A stretch of 64,000 bases of DNA from an uncultured Solirubrobacterales bacterium (GCA_963764275.1 CAVXRV010000002.1:158799-222798); one strand, 5' to 3'; numbered from the stretch's first letter, positions 1 to 10,775 are shown. A program made the numbers and translations. Notes: generated by a model not told the origin, from the letters alone.

Positions 1-1
1 G

Positions 2-601
2 CTGCTTCCCACCTACGACGTCTCCGACGCCGTCGCCGTCACCGTCGAAGCGGATGCGGCGACGACCTGGGGGGCACTTCTCGAGGCCGACCTGATCGAG
101 GTTGGCCGGCGCAAGCCGCTCGTCGGCGCGCTCGGCGCCGTGCGGATCCTGCCGCAGCTGCTCGCGGACGGCGTTCGCGGCCGCGGCCTGCCGACCACGC
201 CCAAGAGCCTGCGCCTCGGTGAGCTCGCGGGCGAGAGCAGCGCCGAGGGGGACTGGATCCTGCTCGGCGAGCGGTCCGGGAGCGAGCTCGCGCTCGGGCT
301 GGTCGGAAAGTTCTGGCGACCGGTGATCGCATACGCCGACGTCACCGCCGACGGCTTCCGCGATTTCGATGAGCCGGGGTGGGCGAAGACCGTCTACGAC
401 CTGCGCGTCGCGGCGCTCGACGACGCGCGCTCGCTGGTCACCGGCACGATGCGGACGGCGACCACGGACGCCGCCGCCCGCCGCTGGTTCCGCCGCTACT
501 GGACGCTCGGCGTCGGACCCGGCGCCCACATTCTCGTCGCCGGCCTGCTCGACGTCGTCGCCGAGGACGCGGCGAAGGCCGCCGCCGCGACAACCGGCTG
601 A
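2..601 (+). CDS. SRPBCC-fold (START/polyketide-cyclase-like) domain protein, 5' end runs off the window
   Basis: The frame is open from the window edge to the stop at 599-601, so the track Met at 140 is internal. Residues LVGKFWRPVIAYADV and RRWFRRYWTLGVGPGAHIL recall SRPBCC-type proteins. Family assignment is from memory only. Confidence 0.45.
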   Translation: MLPTYDVSDAVAVTVEADAATTWGALLEADLIEVGRRKPLVGALGAVRILPQLLADGVRGRGLPTTPKSLRLGELAGESSAEGDWILLGERSGSELALGLVGKFWRPVIAYADVTADGFRDFDEPGWAKTVYDLRVAALDDARSLVTGTMRTATTDAAARRWFRRYWTLGVGPGAHILVAGLLDVVAEDAAKAAAATTG

Positions 602-686
602 GGCCGCCCTCCCTTCCGGCGTTGACCCCCTCGACCGGCTCGCATACGCTGCGCCGGCGAGAGCACGCGACCCCGGAGGAGGGGAG

Positions 687-2243
687 ATGACGATCAGCGA
701 GCACCCCACGGCGGCGACGACAGCGACCGCGCCGGGCGGCGCCGAGCGCCGGCTCGAGACGGCGGCCGAGCGCTGGGCGCGGATGCCGGTGATCGAGACC
801 GGCGAGGACTACCTGCGCTCGCTGCGCGGGCGCGGCACCCGCCTCTACATGTTCGGGGAGCTGATCGATGAGCCCGCGGACCACCCGATCGTCCAGCCCT
901 CGATCAACTCCCTGAAGATGACCTACGACCTGGCGACCTGTGAGCCGGACGTGGCAACGGTCCACTCGCCGCTGATCGACGCGACGATCAACCGGTTCCT
1001 GCACGTCGCGACCTCGCCGCAGGATCTGATCGACAAGCACGCGATGCAGCGCCGGCTCGGCCAGCTCACCGGCACCTGCTTTCAGCGCTGCACCGGCCTC
1101 GACACGATCAGCGTCCTGCACTCGGTCACCTTCGACATCGACCGCGATCGCGACACCGGCTACCACGAGCGCTACCTCGACTTCCTCAGGCTCGCCCAGC
1201 GGCACAACATCCTGATCGCCGCCGGGATGACCGACCCCAAGGGCGATCGCTCGAAGGCCCCGCACGAGCAGGCCGACCCCGACGTGTTCCTGCACGTCAG
1301 CGGCCGCAACGAGCGCGGCGTCTTCCTGCGCGGTGCCAAGGCGCACATGACCGGCGGCTGGAACCAGCACTGGATCTGCGTGCTGCCGACGATGAACCTG
1401 CGCGAGGCCGATCGCGATTTCGCGATCGTCGCCATGGTCCCCGGCGACGCGGAGGGCATCACCTACGTCTACGGGCGGCAGGCCTCGGACACCCGCGCCC
1501 TGGAGCCGGGCAGGATCGACAAGGGCAATCCGCAGTTCGGCGGCCAGGAGGTGCTCGTCCACTTCGACGACGTCTTCGTCCCCTACGAGCACGTGATGCT
1601 CGACGGCGAGTACGAATACGCGCAGCGCCTCGTCTCGCGCTTCACCGCCTACCACCGCGCGAGCTACGTCTGCAAGACCGGGCTCGGCGACGTGATCACC
1701 GGCGCCGCCGCCGAGGTCGCCGACAACAACGGCGTCGCCACCGCCTCCCACGTCAAGGACAAGCTCGTCGAGATGGTGCACCTGAACGAGACGATCTACT
1801 CGAGCTCGATCGCCTCCGCGGCGAAGGCGCAGCCGCTGGAGTCCGGCATCTGGATGAACGACGAGATGCTCGCCAACGTCTGCAAGCACAACGTCACCCG
1901 CTTCCCGTACGAGATCTCGCGCCTCGCCCAGGACATCGCCGGCGGCATCGTCGCGACGATGCCCTCGGAGGCCGATCTGCGTTCCGCCGACGTCGGCCCG
2001 ATCCTCGAGCGGATGCTGGCCGGGCGCGAGGACGTGCCCACGGAGGACCGGATGCGGATCCTGCGCCTGATCGAGAACATGACCCTCGGTCGCAACGCGG
2101 TCGGCTACCTGACCGAGTCCCTGCACGGCGCCGGCTCGCCGCAGAGCCAGCGGATCCAGATCCTCCGTGGCATGGACGTGGAGGGGAAGCGGGCCCTCGC
2201 CCGCAAGCTGGCTGAGGTGGAGGGGGAGGGCGAGGGCACCTAG
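687..2243 (+). CDS. abfD: 4-hydroxybutyryl-CoA dehydratase / vinylacetyl-CoA delta-isomerase family protein
   Basis: ATG 687 is preceded by GGAGGAGGGG. The upstream part of track ORF 369..2243 is Arg/Pro-rich read-through. The protein is colinear with clostridial AbfD as I recall it: YLRSLRGRGTRLYMFGE, MTDPKGDRS, GAKAHMTGG, YGRQASDTR, FGGQEVLV, KDKLVEMVHLNET, LANVCKHNVTRFPYE, HGAGSPQSQRI. Confidence 0.85.
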   Translation: MTISEHPTAATTATAPGGAERRLETAAERWARMPVIETGEDYLRSLRGRGTRLYMFGELIDEPADHPIVQPSINSLKMTYDLATCEPDVATVHSPLIDATINRFLHVATSPQDLIDKHAMQRRLGQLTGTCFQRCTGLDTISVLHSVTFDIDRDRDTGYHERYLDFLRLAQRHNILIAAGMTDPKGDRSKAPHEQADPDVFLHVSGRNERGVFLRGAKAHMTGGWNQHWICVLPTMNLREADRDFAIVAMVPGDAEGITYVYGRQASDTRALEPGRIDKGNPQFGGQEVLVHFDDVFVPYEHVMLDGEYEYAQRLVSRFTAYHRASYVCKTGLGDVITGAAAEVADNNGVATASHVKDKLVEMVHLNETIYSSSIASAAKAQPLESGIWMNDEMLANVCKHNVTRFPYEISRLAQDIAGGIVATMPSEADLRSADVGPILERMLAGREDVPTEDRMRILRLIENMTLGRNAVGYLTESLHGAGSPQSQRIQILRGMDVEGKRALARKLAEVEGEGEGT

Positions 2244-3052
2244 CCCGGCTGCGGAACCGAGCTCTCGAGGAAGCCCGTCAGCTCGCCCAGCACCTCGTCG
2301 GCGTTCGTCTCGTTGAAGATCTCGTGCCGGGCGCCCGCGAAGACGCGCTCGGTGCGCAGCGGCGCGATCGCCTCGACCGTCTCGCGGGCGCCGTCGATCG
2401 GCACGATCGGATCGTCGCCGCCGTGCATCCACAGGACCGGCATGCCCTCGAGGCTGCGGTCGTCGCCGACGGCGCCGATCGAGTCGATCAGCGCCTGCAG
2501 GGTGGTCCGCTTGAAGGGCCCGTGCCACACGAGCGGGTCCGCGGCGTAGGCGGCCCCGACCTCGGGATCGCGCGAGAGGTCCTCCGGGTTGATCGGAACC
2601 TCGGGCATCGGGTCCATCCCGGCCAGTGCCTCGAAGGCTGGGTTGGCGCCGATCGCGGGTGCCGAGAGCACCAGCGCGGCGACCTCGTCCGGGTAGAGCT
2701 GGGCGAAGCGCGTCGCGATCAGGCCGCCGAGCGAGTGCCCGACGACCGCCAGCGGCAGGCCGGGATGGCGCTCGCGCGCGAGCTCGGCGACGAGGTGGAG
2801 GTCGCGGGCGAGGTCGTCGACGTCCTCGATCAGCACGCGCTCGCCCGCGGAGCGGCCGTGGCCGACGTGGTCGGGGCCGTAGACGGCGGCGCCGATCCCG
2901 ACGAGGGCGTCGGCGACGTGCCCGTAGCGGCCCATGTGCTCGCCGTAGCCGTGCACGAGCAAGACGACGAGGCTCGGCGAGGCGGCCTCCCAGTGGTGCA
3001 CGACCAGCTCGCCGCCGCCACCGTCCAGCTTCAACTCGCTCGCGTCTGCCAT
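2240..3052 (-). CDS. alpha/beta hydrolase (lysophospholipase / monoacylglycerol-lipase-like)
   Basis: Intact 270-aa ORF with HGYGEH near the N-terminus, nucleophile elbow GHSLGG and a C-terminal ARHEIFNE histidine region. Convergent with abfD, with a 4-nt tail overlap. Confidence 0.85.
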   Translation of the reverse strand: MADASELKLDGGGGELVVHHWEAASPSLVVLLVHGYGEHMGRYGHVADALVGIGAAVYGPDHVGHGRSAGERVLIEDVDDLARDLHLVAELARERHPGLPLAVVGHSLGGLIATRFAQLYPDEVAALVLSAPAIGANPAFEALAGMDPMPEVPINPEDLSRDPEVGAAYAADPLVWHGPFKRTTLQALIDSIGAVGDDRSLEGMPVLWMHGGDDPIVPIDGARETVEAIAPLRTERVFAGARHEIFNETNADEVLGELTGFLESSVPQPG

Positions 3053-3135
3053 CTCGCCTCTCCCGGGTCGCCTGCCGTCGGCTTCGAGAGTAGTTGCCCG
3101 GCCGTGGCGGCGGAGGAGCGGGCTATAGTCGGCGC

Positions 3136-3543
3136 ATGGACACGGGGGCTAGGCCGAACCCGACCACGCGACTGCTCCTCGCCCTGGCGCTGATCGCGTT
3201 CGCGACCTCGCTGCAGCTCGTGCTCAGCGACGTCGACGAGATCTGGACGCCGGGGATGATCTGGGGCGCGGCGATCGCGTGCCTCGGCTGCGCTGTCCTG
3301 CTGCTGCGGACGACGCTGCTCGCCTGGGCGGCCGCCGTTGGCGGCGGGGTGCTCGCGGTCGCCGTCGCCTACTGGACGCACGGGGGCGCCGTCAAGTCCG
3401 GCCCCGACTTCGTCGCCTTCCGCTGGCAGGACGGCTCCTTCAGCTGGTCGAGCGAGCTCGCGGTCCTGCTCGCCACCGGGCTCGTCCTCGTCGCCGCGGT
3501 GCGCGCCTGGCGCCGCCGCGACACCCGCCGGGCGCTCTCCTGA
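3136..3543 (+). CDS. hypothetical small membrane protein
   Basis: ATG 3136 lies inside track ORF 3094..3543. There are about four hydrophobic helices (LLLALALIAFATSLQLVL, IWGAAIACLGCAVLLL, LLAWAAAVGGGVLAVAVAYW, LAVLLATGLVLVAAV). No family recognised. Confidence 0.45.
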   Translation: MDTGARPNPTTRLLLALALIAFATSLQLVLSDVDEIWTPGMIWGAAIACLGCAVLLLRTTLLAWAAAVGGGVLAVAVAYWTHGGAVKSGPDFVAFRWQDGSFSWSSELAVLLATGLVLVAAVRAWRRRDTRRALS

Positions 3544-3561
3544 GCGAGCCCGCTGACGCCG

Positions 3562-5204
3562 CTACTGCCCGGAGGGGGGTGGATGCTTGGTCAGCGCCGG
3601 CGTCCGGCCGACGTTGGAGAGGATCCACCGCGAGCGACGCCCGAAGACGCGTCCGCGCTTGACCCGGTCCTCCTGCCGGACGAGCACCGCCGCCATCGTC
3701 GCGCCCGCCAGAGCAAGGCAGGCGGAGACGACGAAAGCGAGCTGGAAGCCGTCGACGTGGGTGTCGACGATGTCCTGGATCACGCCGTGAAAGCCGGGCG
3801 GCGCCTGGATGTGGGCGATCCCGTGCTGCTCCGCCTTCAGCACGAGGTCCTTGCCCTGTTCGAGCTGCTGGTCGGAGGGGTGGATTCCCTGGGCGGCCAG
3901 CGTCTCGAAGAGGCGGTGCTTGTAGAACGTGAGCTCGACCATCACCAGGATCGCGATCCCGAGCGCGCCCCCGAGCTGCTCGCTCGTGTTGATCATCCCC
4001 GCGGCGGTCCCCTGGTCCTTCTCGGAGACGGCGTTGAGCCCGACGGGATCGTTGACCGTCAGCACCGTGCCCAGGCCGATCCCCTGTAGCACCAGTCCCG
4101 GGATCAGGGCCAGCACCGACTTCGACGGCGCCCCGAGCGCCAGCGCCGCTCCCGAGGCGGCGAGCAGCAGGAACCCGATCACCAACGGGAGCCGCCCGCC
4201 GGCGCGATCGAAGGCGCGGCCGGCGAGCGGGCCGGCGAGGATGATCGGGATCGTCGCCGGGATCAGCGCGATGCCCGCGATCTCCGGATCGACGCCGATC
4301 ACCAGCAGCAGGTAGAACGGCAGCAGGTACCCGAGCCCGAGCTCGATCATGCCGGCGACCACCTGGCTCAGGTTCGAGGCGAGGAAGTTGAGGTGTCTGA
4401 ACAGGCGCAGATCCAGCAGCGGATCCGCGCGGCTGAGCTCGATCCGAACGAAGGCCGCGAAGACGAGCGCGGCGATCGCGAGCGGCAGCCACGAGATCGG
4501 GTCGCCGATCCCCTCCTGCTGGATCTGCGTGAGGCCGAACAGCAGCGCGACCGAGGCGACCGCCAGCGTCACGACGCCGCCGTAGTCGAGCTCCCGGACC
4601 GAGGTGCCGGCGGCGGTGCCCGGGAGCGCGTCGACCGAGCGCAGCGTGAGCAGGATCGCGAGCGCCGCGAGCGGCACGTTGATGACGAAGACGAGCCGCC
4701 AGTCGATGGCCGTGAGCAACCCGCCCATCACCGGTCCCGCCGCCGCGAACGCGGCCGAGCCGCCGGCGAGGACCCCGAGCGCCATTCCGCGCCGAGCGAG
4801 CGGGAAGGTGACGCTTACGATCGCCACGGCCGTCGGCATCATCAGCGCCGCGCCGGTCCCCTGCAGCGCGCGGGCGATCAGCATCCACGGCATCGTCTGC
4901 GCGCCGCCCGCGAGCGCCGTCGAGAGCATGAAGATCGTCGCTCCGACGAGGAATACGCGGCGCAGGCCGAAGAGGTCGCCGAGCCGGCCGCCCAGCACCA
5001 TGAAGGCCGCGAGCGGGAGGATGTTCGCCGTCAGGATCCAGGTGCCGAGATCCAGCGAGCTGTGCAGGTCGGCGACGGCGTCGGGGGTGGCCAGCGGCAC
5101 AGCGGTCTGATCGACGAGGATCAGGCTGCTGGAGAGCGTCATCGCGACGAGCGCGACCCAGGCGCGCCTCGAGATCGATCCCCCGTCGGCGCTCTGCTCC
5201 GGTG
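3562..5204 (-). CDS. MFS transporter, DHA2 (EmrB/QacA-like) family
   Basis: Track ORF 3562..5553; its first ~115 aa are Arg/Ala-rich read-through. GTG at 5204 precedes the first TM (VALVAMTLSSSLILVDQTAVPLATP). Many TM segments are present, plus the MFS motif-A-like LGGRLGDLFGLRRVF. Confidence 0.85.
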
Positions 5205-5207
5205 AGC

Positions 5208-7046
5208 TCACCAGCGCGAGCCTATCCGTGCCCCTGGGCCGCCGCTCAGCCGCAGATCTTGTACCGGTGGTGGACGGTGCGGATGCGCCCGTCGATGAGC
5301 TCGCCGTCGGCCGCGACCTCGACCCGCTGGCCCGCCGCGCAGCAGCCGCGGGCGCAGCCTGAGCTTGAACGGCGCCCGATCGTCGACGCCGGCCTCGCGT
5401 CCGTCGACCCTGAAGGTCGCCTGCGTCATCTCCGTCTGCCGCTTGCCGCGCGGGATTCGGGCCACGAAGCGGTGCGCCTGCAGGCAGTTGTGGGCGTCGC
5501 CTCCGCGTCGCTTGGCCTTGACGTCGAGCCGCATCGCGGGCAGGCGCCGACACCCGGAGCCGGCGCAGTCGCCGAGATGGGTGAGCTGTCTGTGCAGCGC
5601 CCGGACGACGTCGGCGAACTTTTCCTTGGCGACGCGGTTCTTGAGCTCGTAGGGGTCCGTCCGGAGGTCGTAGAGCTCCTTCTCCCCGGTCGCGTTCTCG
5701 ACGTACTTGTAGCGCTGGGTGCGCACCGCCTTGTAGACCCCCGTGTCGGGCTCGCCCGCCTCCCCGAGGCCCGAATACTGCTCGAGCAGGATCTCGCGGC
5801 CCCGGTAGCGGTCGGCGTGAGCGGCGAGCGGCATCAGCGAGCGCCCGTCGACCTTGACGAGCGGCTCGGCCCCGGTGACGTCCGCGATCGTCGGCGCCAG
5901 GTCGATGTTGGCGGCCATCGACTTGACGTCCACTCCGCGTGGGATGCCCGGTCCGCGCATCAGCAGCGGCACCCGAACCGCCTCCTCGTAGACGCGGTTC
6001 TTGCCGGCGACGATCCGGTGCTCGCCGTGGAAGAAGCCGTTGTCGGAGGTGAAGATCACGATCGTGTTGTCGAGCTCGCCGGTGTCGCGGAGGGCGTTGA
6101 TGATGTGCTTGACGCCGCGGTCGAGGTCGAACAGGGCGCCGGCTCGACAGCGGTAGTTGCGGGTGGCCCGCGCGATCGCCTTCGTTCCCATCCGCGGCAG
6201 ATCCTGGATCTCCTGGGGCTTGTCGCTGACGTTCTTCTCGTTGTAGCTCGGGGGCTCGTAGGGCGGGAGCGCGACCGCGTCCAGCAGATCGCGGCGCGCC
6301 GGCTTGGCGGAGCTCACGCAGGGACCGGGCACGCTGTTCGGACCGCCCCCGTGCGGCGCCAGATAGCCGACCGACAGGAAGAACGGCTGGTCGGAGGGCG
6401 CCCGCTGGTCGATGATCCTGATCGCCTTGTCGGTGTAGACGTCGGTCGAGTAGCTCGACGGATCAGCCGGCGCGTTCGGGTTCTCCTGCTTGTCGCCGTA
6501 CTGGACCCATTGGCCGTCCTCGAGCAGCTCGTAGCCGTAGTAGCGGTAGGTGTCCTTGGAGCCGTGCCACTCCGACCAGCCCGGCGGCACCCCGATCGGG
6601 CTCTCCTCGTAGCCGTTCAGGAACTTGCCGATATGGGCTGTGTAGTAGCCGGCGTTCGAGAGCCACACGGGCAGGGCGGTCTCGTTGTGGAAGCGCGGGA
6701 AGCCTCCGTAGGGCGCGCCCTTGTTGCCGAGGACGCCATGGTTATGCGGGTACTGGCCCGTGAACAGGGTTGCGCGCGAGGGGCAGCACAGCGGCCAGAC
6801 CGCGAGGTTGAGCCCGAAGGTGGCGCCGCGATCACCGATCAAGTGCGCGGTCTTGGGCAGGAAGCGCATCTCCTCCTGCGTCTGGTCGTCGCTCTCGATC
6901 AGGACCACGTTCGGGCTCTCCTGGACCGCGGCGGCGGCGGGCGACGGGCCGGCCCCCGCAAGCGTTGCCGCCAGCGCGGCGGTGATCGTCACGAGGGCGA
7001 TCGAGGCCGCTACCGCGGCCCGCCGTCCCGCTGTGGCAGATCCCAT
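5208..7046 (-). CDS. secreted sulfatase (arylsulfatase / N-acetylglucosamine-6-sulfatase-like) with basic Cys-containing C-terminal extension
   Basis: ATG 7046 with GAGGAGGAAGGG upstream, and a signal peptide (AVAASIALVTITAALAATLAGA). The formylglycine motif CCPSRATLFTG and the DNGF.GEH region are present. Around 5325-5340 a more protein-like continuation (AGQRVEVAADGELIDGRIRTVHHRYKICG, stop 5246-5248) sits in another frame, so the 3' end probably carries an indel. Confidence 0.85.
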   Translation of the reverse strand: MGSATAGRRAAVAASIALVTITAALAATLAGAGPSPAAAAVQESPNVVLIESDDQTQEEMRFLPKTAHLIGDRGATFGLNLAVWPLCCPSRATLFTGQYPHNHGVLGNKGAPYGGFPRFHNETALPVWLSNAGYYTAHIGKFLNGYEESPIGVPPGWSEWHGSKDTYRYYGYELLEDGQWVQYGDKQENPNAPADPSSYSTDVYTDKAIRIIDQRAPSDQPFFLSVGYLAPHGGGPNSVPGPCVSSAKPARRDLLDAVALPPYEPPSYNEKNVSDKPQEIQDLPRMGTKAIARATRNYRCRAGALFDLDRGVKHIINALRDTGELDNTIVIFTSDNGFFHGEHRIVAGKNRVYEEAVRVPLLMRGPGIPRGVDVKSMAANIDLAPTIADVTGAEPLVKVDGRSLMPLAAHADRYRGREILLEQYSGLGEAGEPDTGVYKAVRTQRYKYVENATGEKELYDLRTDPYELKNRVAKEKFADVVRALHRQLTHLGDCAGSGCRRLPAMRLDVKAKRRGGDAHNCLQAHRFVARIPRGKRQTEMTQATFRVDGREAGVDDRAPFKLRLRPRLLRGGPAGRGRGRRRAHRRAHPHRPPPVQDLRLSGGPGARIGSRW

Positions 7047-7155
7047 CCCTTCCTCCTCGGTGCGCTCCCGGGAGCGAAAAGGATAGGCTGCGAGCAGGAG
7101 GTCCCGCAGCTGCCGCCGCGGGAGATGGGTAAAGGGAATCCCTGGAGGTTCAGGC

Positions 7156-8735
7156 ATGCGCAAGGTTCGTCCGCTGTTGATCCTGTCCGTTGTCGCTGCG
7201 CTGGCGCTCGTCGTCACCGCTTGCGGCAGCTCGTCGTCGTCGTCGGGTTCCGGCGGGACGATCATCCGCGGTACGACCGACCAGCCGATCTCCTACGACC
7301 CGGCCGGCGCCTACGACCTGCCCTCCTACGACGGCATCTACTCGATCTACCAGAACCTCCTCACCGTGCCCCCGGGCGGCAACAAGGCCGTGCCCGAGGC
7401 GGCGCAGAGTTGCGACTTCACCGACAAGTCGGACAACCAGCCTACGAGTGCAAGATGCGATCGGGCCTGAAGTTCTCCGACGGCTCGCCGCTGACCGCCC
7501 AGGACGTCGTCTTCTCCTTCCAGCGCAACGTCAAGATCGCCGATCCGAACGGCGCCTCCTCGCTGCTCGCGAACATGAAGAGCATCGAGGCGCCCGACGA
7601 CAGCACCGTCGTCTTCCACCTCAAGGAGCCGGACGCGACCTGGCCGCTGCTGCTGACGACGGGCTCGTTCGCGATCGTGCCCTCCGACGTCTACCCGGCG
7701 AACAAGCTGCAGGACTCGATCGAAGGTGATCGGCTCGGGCCGCTACACGCTCGCCTCCTACGAGCCCGGCCAGCAGACCGTGCTCGAGAAGAACCCTGAC
7801 TACCAGGGCGACTCGCCGGCCAAGAACGACCGCGTGATCATCAAGTACTTCAAGAAGGCCGCGCCGCTGAAGCTCGCGGTCGAGAACGGCGACGTCGACA
7901 TCGCCTACCGGAGCCTGAGCCCGACCGACATCGAGGACCTCGAGGGCGCCGACGGCCTCAGCGTCGTCTCCGGCAACGGCACCGAGATCCGCTACATGGT
8001 CTTCAACACGAAGCTGCAGCCGGGCGACAGCGACGCGCAGAAGCTCGCGATCCGCCAGGCCGTCGCGCAGACGATCGATCGCCAGTCGATCGCCGACAAC
8101 GTCTACAACGGCACGGTGCAGCCGCTGTACTCGATGGTCCCGCAGGGTCTGCAGTACGCGACCGACGCCTTCGCCAAGGAGTACGGCGAGGGGCCGGACG
8201 TCGAACGCCGCCAAGCAGACGCTCGCCGACGCCGGCGTCGAAGACGCCGGTGCCGCTCACGATCTGGTGGACCCCGACCCACTACGGCACGGCCTCCGGC
8301 GACGAGTACGCCGAGATCAAGCGCCAGCTCGACGACAGCGGACTCTTCGACGTGACGCTGAAGTCGACGGAGTGGGACCAGTACTCGACCGCGGCGTTCA
8401 CGGACGAGTACCCGGTCTACCAGCTCGGCTGGTTCCCGGACTATCCGGACCCGGACGACTACACGTCGCCCTTCTATCTGCCGGACTCGTTCCTGAACAT
8501 CCACTTCAACGATCCGCAGATGAACAAGCTGATCGCTGACGAGAAGGGAACGGCCGACGACGCCCAGCGCAGCAAGGACTTCGAGGAGATCCAGAAGCTC
8601 GCCGCCCAGCAGACGCCGGTGATCCCGATCTGGCAGGGCGAGCAGGTGGCCGCGGTCCGGGACGGGATCAAGGGCGTCGAGGAGACGTTCGATCCGTCCT
8701 TCATCTTCCGCTACTGGCTGATCTCGAAGGGCTGA
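7156..8735 (+). pseudogene. ABC transporter substrate-binding protein, family 5 (peptide/nickel), interrupted by three frame changes as written
   Basis: Lipoprotein signal (LALVVTACGSSSSSSG). The homologous sequence continues across four track ORFs in alternating frames: 7156-~7440, ~7441-~7725 (tail of ORF 5202..7799), 7726-~8215 and 8250-8735. Junction examples are TDKSDNQ|YECKMRSGLKFSDG and LQDSIE|VIGSGRYTLASYEPG. Confidence 0.8.
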
Positions 8736-8772
8736 TAAGGGGCCGGCCCGCGGCGAGCGGGAAGGCGACGAA

Positions 8773-9804
8773 TTGAGCGGATCCTCCGGCTCGGGCAGCC
8801 TTCGGACGTATGTCCTCACCCGGATAGCCCTGGCGCTGCCCACGGTGCTGATCCTGCTCACCGTGGTCTTCCTGCTGATGCGGGTCGCGCCCGGCGACCC
8901 GATCTCAGCCGCGCTGGGCGCGAAGCTCCCGCCCCAGGAGCTCGAGAAGCGGAAGGAGGCGGCCGGCTACAACAAGCCGATCGTCGTCCAGTACGGCGAG
9001 TACCTGAAGCAGGTGGCGACGCTCAAGCTCGGCCACTCGGTCACCGACAACCGCTCCGTCGGCTCGATCCTCGTCGAGAACGGCAGCGCGACCTTGGAGC
9101 TGACGATCGCGGCGTTCATGATCACGCTCCTGGTCGGGATCCCGATCGGCCTGATGGCCGGGCGCTTCCGCGACGGGCCGTGGGACGTGGGCGGGCGCCT
9201 GTTCGGGATCGTGATCTACGCCTTCCCGGTCTTCTTCCTCGGCTTCCTCTTCCAGCTGCTCGCTTCGAAGGTGGGCTGGCCGACCTCCGGCCGGGCGAGC
9301 CCGATCGTCGACTACGACCTGAACAAGGTCACCCACTTCTATTTGATCGACACGCTGATCCAGGGCGACTGGAACGCCTTCTGGGATGTGCTGCAGCACC
9401 TCGCTCTGCCCGCCTTCGTGCTCGGCATCACGATCAGCGGTGTGCTCATCCGCCTCGTCCGCGTCAACCTTCTGCAGACGATGCAGGGCGACTACGTCGA
9501 GGCGGCCCGCGCCCGCGGCGTCGGCGAGCGCCGCGTCGTGATCAGCCACGCCTTTCGCAACGCGCTCGTTCCCGTCGTCACCGTCGCCGGGCTCCAGTTC
9601 GCCATCCTGCTCGGCGGCGCCGTGCTGACCGAGGAGACCTTCAACTGGCCGGGGATCGGATCGGAGCTCGTCCGCTACCTGAACCAGCGCGACTACATCG
9701 CCGTGCAGGGGATCGTCACGGTCTTCGCGCTCGCAGTCGTCGTCGTGTCGGTGCTGATCGACATCGTCAACGCGTTCATCGACCCGCGGGTGAGGTACCG
9801 ATGA
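8773..9804 (+). CDS. ABC transporter permease (DppB/OppB-like)
   Basis: Intact 343-aa ORF with a TTG start. N-terminal LRTYVLTRIALALPTVLILLTVVFLLMRVAPGDP is typical of OppB-type permeases, and an EAA-like loop (YVEAARARGVGERRV) is present. Its stop overlaps the next start (ATGA at 9801). Confidence 0.9.
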   Translation: MSGSSGSGSLRTYVLTRIALALPTVLILLTVVFLLMRVAPGDPISAALGAKLPPQELEKRKEAAGYNKPIVVQYGEYLKQVATLKLGHSVTDNRSVGSILVENGSATLELTIAAFMITLLVGIPIGLMAGRFRDGPWDVGGRLFGIVIYAFPVFFLGFLFQLLASKVGWPTSGRASPIVDYDLNKVTHFYLIDTLIQGDWNAFWDVLQHLALPAFVLGITISGVLIRLVRVNLLQTMQGDYVEAARARGVGERRVVISHAFRNALVPVVTVAGLQFAILLGGAVLTEETFNWPGIGSELVRYLNQRDYIAVQGIVTVFALAVVVVSVLIDIVNAFIDPRVRYR

Positions 9805-10775
9805 GGCGGCCCGGACTGCCCCGCTGGCTCGCCCCCGTCGGGGAGTCGCGCGGCGTCTCCCGCTGGCTCTTTTGGACCGGCGTGGGGATCGTCGCGTTCT
9901 TCGTCGTGCTCGCGATCTTCGCGCCGCTGATCGCGCCGTTCGGCTTCGACCAGGTCAGCGACGCGGCGGGCCGGTTCCCGAAGCAGGCCCATCCCGACTC
10001 CACGCACCCGTTCGGGACCACGGTCGGGAGCTACGACGTGCTGTCGCGGGTGATCTGGGGATCCCGCACGGCGATCGAGGTCGTCGTCCTCGCCGTCGTC
10101 TTCTCGCTCGTGATCGGCGTCCCGCTCGGGCTCATCTCGGGCTACATCGGCGGCCGGCTGGACCGCTTCCTCGTCCTCGTCATGGACGCGATGTTCGCCT
10201 TCCCCTACATCCTGCTGGCGATCGTCATCGCCTTCCTGCTCTCGGACACGTTCGGCCAGGGGGTCTTCACGGCGGCCGTCGCGATCACTGCCGTCTACGT
10301 CCCACAGTACTTCCGCGTGGTCAGAAATCACGTGATCAGCGTCCGCGAGGAGTCCTACGTGGAGGCAGCGCGGGCGCTGGGCGCGCCGCGGCGGACGATC
10401 ATCACGCGCTACATCCTCCAGAACGTCGTCCAGAACGTGCCGCCGCTGGCGACGCTGAACGCCGCGGACGCGATCCTGACGCTGGCAGCCCTCGGCTTCC
10501 TCGGCTACGGCATCCAGCCGACCGATGCCGCGGAGTGGGGCTACGACCTGCAGCGCGCGATCGACGACGCCGGGGCCGGGATCTGGTGGACGGGCCTGTG
10601 GCCGGGGCTGGCAATCGTCCTGCTCGTCACCGGCTTCACCCTGCTGGGCGAAGGCCTCAACGACGTCATCAACCCGCTGATCCGCACCCGGCGGACGACG
10701 GTGCCGGACATCCCGAGCCGCGACGAGGGTCCCGCCGGCCCCGGTCTTGCCGGGGAGGAGGGTGAGCAGCTGTGA
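9801..10775 (+). CDS. ABC transporter permease (DppC/OppC-like)
   Basis: ATG 9801 lies within track ORF 9180..10775. Motifs [30 protein letters not shown] and [24 protein letters not shown] are characteristic of OppC-type permeases. Confidence 0.9.
   Translation: MRRPGLPRWLAPVGESRGVSRWLFWTGVGIVAFFVVLAIFAPLIAPFGFDQVSDAAGRFPKQAHPDSTHPFGTTVGSYDVLSRVIWGSRTAIEVVVLAVVFSLVIGVPLGLISGYIGGRLDRFLVLVMDAMFAFPYILLAIVIAFLLSDTFGQGVFTAAVAITAVYVPQYFRVVRNHVISVREESYVEAARALGAPRRTIITRYILQNVVQNVPPLATLNAADAILTLAALGFLGYGIQPTDAAEWGYDLQRAIDDAGAGIWWTGLWPGLAIVLLVTGFTLLGEGLNDVINPLIRTRRTTVPDIPSRDEGPAGPGLAGEEGEQL

Noticed and set aside
438-2528. Very long antisense or alternative-frame ORFs. Examples: 438..2528 minus, 9693..11735 minus, 33195..35714 minus, 13211..15967 minus in part, 3440..4888 minus, 58216..58722 minus.
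   Set aside because: Their translations are dominated by Arg/Ala/Gly/Pro runs with no motifs, and they overlap well-supported genes on the other strand or frame. This is the classic stop-codon-poor artefact of very GC-rich DNA.
5202-7799. 865-aa plus-strand ORF.
   Set aside because: Most of it is antisense to the sulfatase gene and Arg/Gly-rich. Only its last ~95 codons (about 7441-7725) are a genuine segment of the substrate-binding protein.
7430-8260. Programmed ribosomal frameshifting to explain the broken ABC binding-protein gene and others.
   Set aside because: There are no slippery heptamers or downstream structures at the junctions. The same kind of break hits many unrelated and essential genes, so sequence error is far more likely.
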